A stretch of 64,000 nt of DNA, taken from an uncultured Pelagibacteraceae bacterium (lineage in GTDB: Bacteria; Pseudomonadota; Alphaproteobacteria; Pelagibacterales; Pelagibacteraceae). The position numbers and the translations under genes were made by a program. Below the pieces are notes generated by a model. The model had not been told where the DNA came from and did not search any database. It saw only the letters and a program-made list of their open reading frames with translations. Shown here piece by piece: positions 58,628 through 64,000 of the stretch; the stretch's first letter is position 1, and each line of letters begins with the position of its first letter. The stretch is taken from assembly GCA_902584015.1 (NCBI GenBank), contig CACHYG010000001.1:18263-82262 (forward strand). Direction: 5' to 3'.

Positions 58628-60394
58628 CTAATTAAATTTAAAATCCATTATGTAACCACTTCCAGAAATTGCACTGGAATAATGACTCTCTACTCTTGGT
58701 AACACTCTGTGAAAGTAAAATTTAGCTGTTTGTATTTTGTCTTCATAAAATTTTTTATTATTTGACACTTCTTTAAAACTAACCTCTAAAACCTTTAACC
58801 ATGAATGACCTAATGCAACATAACCAAGAACTTTTAAATAATCATTTGAAGCAGCATTCGCGTCATCTTTTGAGTCCTTTATCTTTTCTTTTATCCAAGT
58901 AGTAAAATCAACAAGTTTTTCTAAATAAATTTTTAATTTTTCTTGGTAAGGTTTTAACTCTGAGCTTTCTGTTTCTAGATCTTTTCTTAAAATATTGATG
59001 TAATTTTCAACAATATCTCCATTATTATTTTTCAATTTTCTAAAAACTAGATCTATAGCTTGAACTGAATTAGTACCTTCGTAAATTGGTGTAATTCTAT
59101 TGTCTCTATAAAGCTGTTCTATACCCTGATCTTTTGTATAACCATAGCCACCATGAATTTGCATTGCATCACTTGTTATCTCCATTCCTAAATCTGAAAA
59201 TAGAGACTTTACTACTGGCGTCATTAGTGAAACTAAATCTGAGGCCTCCTGTTTTATTTTTGGCTCATTATGATTTAAGCTAACTTCCGTTTGTTGTGAT
59301 AACCAAAAACATAAAGCTCTTTCACCCTCTATAATTGATTTCATATTAAGTAATGATCTTCTAATATCTGCATGTTCTATAATCAAATCTGCAGTTCCAT
59401 TTTGAGACTTGTTGGAATTACTCTTGCCTTGCTTTCTTTCTTTAGCATAGATTAATGAATTTTGATAAGCAATCTCTGAAAGTCCTAAGCCTTGAATTCC
59501 TACAATTATTCTTTCTAGGTTCATCATAGTGAACATTGAATTGAGGCCTTTATTTTTTGGTCCAATCATATATCCAGTTGCTTCATCAAAATTTAAAACG
59601 CAAGTTGCAGATCCTTTTATTCCCATTTTGTTTTCTATTGATCCAGTGGAAATACCATTTTTTGGACCAATCGATCCATCTTCTTTAACAATATATTTTG
59701 GAACTAGAAACAAACTTATACCTTTAGTTCCTGAAGGTGAGTCTGAAGCTCTTGCAAGAACTAGATGTATAATATTTTCCGTTAAATCATGATCACCTGA
59801 AGTAATAAATATTTTTTGACCTGAGATTTTATAAGTTCCGTCCTTTTGCTCTTGTGCTTTTGTCTTTAACATTCCAAGATCAGTTCCACAAACTGGTTCA
59901 GTAAGACACATTGTTCCACTCCATTTTCCCTCAACCATTTTTGGTAAATACATATTTTTTATATCTTCGGATGCATGGTGACGAATACAGTTATAAGCAC
60001 CTAATGTAAGCTCTGTATAAAGTTTAAATGCTAAACTTGCCGAAGAAATCATTTCATCAAAAAAAGCACTTACTGTTTTGGGCATTCCTTGACCACCGTA
60101 TTTAGGATCACATGATAATGACATCCATCCGTCTTCAATAAATTTATTGTATGCTTCTTTGTATCCTGGTGGAGTTCTAACAACTCCGTTTTCAAGCACT
60201 GCTGGATTTTCATCTCCTGCTTTTGCTAATGGTAAAATAATGTTTTGATTAATTTTAGCCGCCTCATCTAATATATCTTTTACTAGATCTGGAGTTATTT
60301 CTTTATACTTTTCAATCTCATTGTAGTTTTTGTTATTTCTCAACTTTTCATAGAGAAACATCATATCTTCAATTGGTGCTGTATAAGTAGTCAT
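58628..60394 (-). CDS. dmdC: Methylmercaptopropionyl-CoA dehydrogenase (acyl-CoA dehydrogenase)
   Basis: GTMCLTEP, KIFITSG, KGISLFLVPK, KMGIKGS, QIHGGYGY, IYEGTN; context in the dmd cluster. Confidence 0.82.
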   Translation of the reverse strand: MTTYTAPIEDMMFLYEKLRNNKNYNEIEKYKEITPDLVKDILDEAAKINQNIILPLAKAGDENPAVLENGVVRTPPGYKEAYNKFIEDGWMSLSCDPKYGGQGMPKTVSAFFDEMISSASLAFKLYTELTLGAYNCIRHHASEDIKNMYLPKMVEGKWSGTMCLTEPVCGTDLGMLKTKAQEQKDGTYKISGQKIFITSGDHDLTENIIHLVLARASDSPSGTKGISLFLVPKYIVKEDGSIGPKNGISTGSIENKMGIKGSATCVLNFDEATGYMIGPKNKGLNSMFTMMNLERIIVGIQGLGLSEIAYQNSLIYAKERKQGKSNSNKSQNGTADLIIEHADIRRSLLNMKSIIEGERALCFWLSQQTEVSLNHNEPKIKQEASDLVSLMTPVVKSLFSDLGMEITSDAMQIHGGYGYTKDQGIEQLYRDNRITPIYEGTNSVQAIDLVFRKLKNNNGDIVENYINILRKDLETESSELKPYQEKLKIYLEKLVDFTTWIKEKIKDSKDDANAASNDYLKVLGYVALGHSWLKVLEVSFKEVSNNKKFYEDKIQTAKFYFHRVLPRVESHYSSAISGSGYIMDFKFN

Positions 60395-60427
60395 AATTTT
60401 TAATATCTATAAAATATGTGAAATTAT

Positions 60428-61537
60428 TTATTTTTGCAATTGTGCAATAATTGCATCTCCCATTTCACTAGTTGAAACTTCCTTATTTCCCTTAGAATAT
60501 ATATCTTTTGTTCTTAATCCCATGTCCAAAACGCTTTGCACTGCTAAATCAAGTTCTTTAGCTTCTTTTTCCAAATTTAAAGAATACCTTAGCGCCATAG
60601 AAAAACTTAAAATTGTTGCAATTGGATTTGCAAGACTTTTCCCTGCTATATCTGGGGCAGAACCATGAACAGGTTCATACATTGATCTCATTTTTCCATT
60701 TTTATCTTTAGCTCCTAAGGAAGCTGATGGCAAAAGACCAAGAGATCCTGTTAACATCGCAGCTTCATCAGAAAGTATATCTCCGAATAGATTATCTGTT
60801 ACAATTACGTCAAACTGTTTTGGGTTTCTTAATAATTGCATAGCACAGTTATCAGCCAACATGTGCTCGAGTTTGACCTCCTTAAATTCGTTTTTATGGA
60901 TTTCTGTAACTTCTTCTTTCCATAACTGCCCAGCCTCCATAACATTAGATTTTTCACATGACGTTACTTTGTTATTCCTTTTTTTTGCTAAATCGAAAGC
61001 AACTCTTGCTACTCTTGCAATTTCACTTGAGGTATATGTATGAGTGTTAACGCCTTTTCTTTCACCGTTGTCTATAGGCTTAATTCCTCTTGGCTCCCCA
61101 AAATAGATTCCACCTGTAAGCTCTCTAACTATCATAATATCAAGTCCAGAAACAATTTCGGGTTTAAGGCTCGATGCTTCTACAAGCTGACTAAAACAAA
61201 TTGCTGGTCTTAGATTAGCAAATAATTTTAATTCTTTTCTCAATTTTAATAACGCTCTTTCAGGTTTTTTTGAAAAATCTAAGTTATCCCATTTGGGACC
61301 GCCGACTGCGCCTAAAATAACTGCCTCACTTTCAAGTGCTTTATAAAACACTTCATCAGTGATAGGTGTTCCATGTTTATCATAGGCAACACCACCTACA
61401 AGATCTTCATCTGTTTCAAAATCTAAGGATCTTTTACTATTAAACCAATTAATTATTTTTTTTACCTCCGATACAACTTCTGGACCTATTCCATCTCCAG
61501 GTAATAGTAAAATTTTTCTTTTCTTTACTTTAATCAT
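60428..61537 (-). CDS. leuB: 3-isopropylmalate dehydrogenase
   Basis: [49 protein letters not shown]; ATG at 61537. Confidence 0.97.
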   Translation of the reverse strand: MIKVKKRKILLLPGDGIGPEVVSEVKKIINWFNSKRSLDFETDEDLVGGVAYDKHGTPITDEVFYKALESEAVILGAVGGPKWDNLDFSKKPERALLKLRKELKLFANLRPAICFSQLVEASSLKPEIVSGLDIMIVRELTGGIYFGEPRGIKPIDNGERKGVNTHTYTSSEIARVARVAFDLAKKRNNKVTSCEKSNVMEAGQLWKEEVTEIHKNEFKEVKLEHMLADNCAMQLLRNPKQFDVIVTDNLFGDILSDEAAMLTGSLGLLPSASLGAKDKNGKMRSMYEPVHGSAPDIAGKSLANPIATILSFSMALRYSLNLEKEAKELDLAVQSVLDMGLRTKDIYSKGNKEVSTSEMGDAIIAQLQK

Positions 61538-62135
61538 TAAAAATCCACGGCCTGTTTGAGGATAATTTTTTTTCAAATTCAGTAATTTTTGGATTTTTTT
61601 CTAATGAAAGAGCGATATCATCTAAACCCTCAAGCAAACACTTCTTTTTGAATTGATCTATTTCAAAGTCAATCTCATTATTTCCAAAAGTAATTTTTTG
61701 CTCTTCAAGATTTACAATAATTTCTTCTTTTCTTTTTGAATATTCAGAGAGTTCTTTTATTTTTGCTTCTGGAAGTACAATTGGTAAAATTCCATTTTTA
61801 AAACAATTATTGTAGAAAATATCTGCATAACTTGAACTGACAACACAAGTTATTCCAAAATCAAGTAATGCCCATGGTGCATGTTCTCGTGAGGAACCAC
61901 AACCAAAATTTTTTCCAGCAATTAAAATCTCTGAATTATTAAATGGACTTGTATTTAAAATAAAATCTTCAATTGGTTCACCTTTCTCATTATATCTCAT
62001 TTCATAAAATAAATTTTTTCCTAAACCTGTTCTTTTAATGGTTTTCAAAAACTGCTTGGGAATTATCATATCCGTATCGATATTAACTATTGGAAGATAT
62101 GCAGGTATACTTTTTATAGTTTTAAATTTTTGCAT
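61530..62135 (-). CDS. leuD: 3-isopropylmalate dehydratase small subunit
   Basis: [28 protein letters not shown]. Confidence 0.97.
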   Translation of the reverse strand: MQKFKTIKSIPAYLPIVNIDTDMIIPKQFLKTIKRTGLGKNLFYEMRYNEKGEPIEDFILNTSPFNNSEILIAGKNFGCGSSREHAPWALLDFGITCVVSSSYADIFYNNCFKNGILPIVLPEAKIKELSEYSKRKEEIIVNLEEQKITFGNNEIDFEIDQFKKKCLLEGLDDIALSLEKNPKITEFEKKLSSNRPWIFND

Positions 62136-63539
62136 CTAATTTTGATATTTTCTCACATCGTCTAAAGATCCTGATATTGCTGCTGCTGCAGCCATTCCAG
62201 GACTTACAAGGTGTGTTCTCCCACCTCTACCTTGACGACCTTCAAAATTTCTATTTGAAGTAGATGCACATCTTTCTTCTGGTTTTAATTTATCAGCATT
62301 CATAGCTAAACACATTGAACATCCAGGTTCTCTCCAATCAAAACCTGATTCTTTGAAGACTTTATCTAAACCCTCTTGTTCGGCTTGTTGTTTAACTAAT
62401 CCAGAACCAGGAACCACCATGGCATAAACGTGTTGTGCAATTTTTTTGTTCTTAATTATTTTTGCTGCATCTCTTAAGTCCTCAATTCTACCGTTTGTAC
62501 AACTACCGATAAAAACTTTATCTATTTTAACATCCTTTATAGCTGTGCCAGGTTTTAAACCCATATATTTTAAAGATCTTTCTATTGAATTTTTTCTATC
62601 CTCATCTGCTTCATTGTCCGGATTTGGTATCCTTCCATCTATCGAAATAACATCTTGTGGAGAGGTTCCCCATGTTACCATTGGCATAATATCTTTTCCA
62701 TCTAAAGTAACTTCTTTGTCAAAGCTAGCATCATTATCAGATTTTAATTTACTCCAATAATCTAAAGCTTTATCCCAATTTTCTTTTTTAGGTGCCATTG
62801 GTCTACCTTTTAAATAATCAAATATTTTTTGGTCAGGCTCGATTAATCCTGCTCTTGCACCTCCCTCAATAGTCATATTACAAATTGTCATTCTTTGCTC
62901 TACACTTAGTGATGAGATTAAACTTCCTGCATACTCAATTACATAACCAGTTCCACCCGCAGTACCAATTTTTCCAATAATTTGTAAAATAACATCTTTA
63001 GATGTTACACCGATGGATAACTTTCCGTCGACTTTAATTCGAAAGTTCTTTGATTTTTTTTGAACTAAAGTTTGCGTGGCTAATACATGCTCTACTTCGG
63101 AAGTTCCTATGCCAAAAGCTAAAGATCCAAAAGCTCCATGGGTTGCTGTGTGACTGTCTCCACAGACTATTATACTCCCTGGCTGTGTGAAACCTTGCTC
63201 AGGTCCAATTATATGAACTATGCCTTGTCTTTTATCATCCATTCCAAAAAGCTTTATTCCAAACTCTTCACAGTTTTTTTCTAAAGTTTCTACTTGAAGT
63301 TTTGACTCTTCATCTGAGATGCCTTTTGATCTATCTGATGTTGGCACGTTGTGATCTGCAACGGCTAGTGTTAGATTTGGTTTTCTAACTTTTCTATTTG
63401 AGTTTCTTAATCCTTCAAATGCTTGAGGGCTCGTAACTTCATGAACTAAATGTCTATCTACATAGAGTAATGATGTTCCATCTTCTTGTGCATGAACAAG
63501 ATGATCATCCCAGATTTTATCGTATAAAGTTTTAGGCAT
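62136..63539 (-). CDS. leuC: 3-isopropylmalate dehydratase large subunit
   Basis: [48 protein letters not shown]. Confidence 0.98.
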   Translation of the reverse strand: MPKTLYDKIWDDHLVHAQEDGTSLLYVDRHLVHEVTSPQAFEGLRNSNRKVRKPNLTLAVADHNVPTSDRSKGISDEESKLQVETLEKNCEEFGIKLFGMDDKRQGIVHIIGPEQGFTQPGSIIVCGDSHTATHGAFGSLAFGIGTSEVEHVLATQTLVQKKSKNFRIKVDGKLSIGVTSKDVILQIIGKIGTAGGTGYVIEYAGSLISSLSVEQRMTICNMTIEGGARAGLIEPDQKIFDYLKGRPMAPKKENWDKALDYWSKLKSDNDASFDKEVTLDGKDIMPMVTWGTSPQDVISIDGRIPNPDNEADEDRKNSIERSLKYMGLKPGTAIKDVKIDKVFIGSCTNGRIEDLRDAAKIIKNKKIAQHVYAMVVPGSGLVKQQAEQEGLDKVFKESGFDWREPGCSMCLAMNADKLKPEERCASTSNRNFEGRQGRGGRTHLVSPGMAAAAAISGSLDDVRKYQN

Positions 63540-63551
63540 TTAGAAAAAAAA

Positions 63552-64000
63552 TTATTTTTTGTCTTCTAGATTTTCTTTTTTACTCTCTACTTTTAGAGAA
63601 TCAGTTTTTTTTTCATCTTTTTTAGTTGTCTCAGTTGAAGAAGTTTCTTTATCTGCTGATTTTTCATCTTTAGAAACTACAACATTTTCTTCAGTTACAG
63701 TTTCTGGTTTTGTATCAACATCTATACCTATTTTTTTTCTAATTTTCTCAGCTATTCTTGCTGATTTACCGGTTCTATCTCTAAGATAATATAATTTTGC
63801 TCTTCTCACTTTACCAGATCTAACAACTTTAATTGAATCAACTATTGGGCTATATAATGCAAAGGTTCTCTCTACACCTTCACCAAAAGATATTTTTCTA
63901 ACAGTAAATGAAGAATTAATATCTCTATTTTTTTTTGCGATACAAACTCCTTCGAAATACTGAATTCGATCTCTTTTTCCCTCAGTTATTCTAACTCCAA
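63552..64000 (-). CDS. rplS: 50S ribosomal protein L19, 5'-partial, with long charged C-terminal extension
   Basis: Hand translation: [21 protein letters not shown]...[16 protein letters not shown]...[24 protein letters not shown]. Confidence 0.96.
   Translation of the reverse strand, partial: GVRITEGKRDRIQYFEGVCIAKKNRDINSSFTVRKISFGEGVERTFALYSPIVDSIKVVRSGKVRRAKLYYLRDRTGKSARIAEKIRKKIGIDVDTKPETVTEENVVVSKDEKSADKETSSTETTKKDEKKTDSLKVESKKENLEDKK

Noticed and set aside
60395-60427. SAM-V or other riboswitch ahead of dmdC
   Set aside because: The gap is 33 nt and has no SAM-II/V-like motif.

Overview
Very AT-rich, extremely gene-dense bacterial chromosome segment. Gene content and order (chvI-chvG-ahcY, class I lysS, regA, dmdC-dmdB-hydrolase-dmdA-asd-sdhCDAB-mmsA-mdh-sucCDAB-lpdA-priA-atpHAGDC) point to a SAR11/Pelagibacterales alphaproteobacterium. 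About 60 mostly core genes are present; I found no tRNA, rRNA, IS element, prophage or CRISPR array. One clear structured RNA is present: a SAM-II riboswitch upstream of metX. Three core genes (polA, sucB, lpdA) carry single-base frameshifts in homopolymer runs, most likely sequencing or assembly errors. Most interesting signals: (1) SdhC and SdhD both lack the axial heme-b histidines while the quinone site is intact, suggesting a natural heme-free complex II. (2) A four-gene polyamine operon (ODC-fold decarboxylase, deoxyhypusine-synthase homologue, AguB, AguA) may encode an agmatine-dependent homospermidine route, and it is preceded by a terminator-like leader with a short uORF. (3) An uncharacterised alpha/beta hydrolase, probably with a CTG start, is embedded in the DMSP demethylation cluster. 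(4) The SAM-II riboswitch has an unusual expression platform. All functional calls come from motif recognition by eye; no database search was run.
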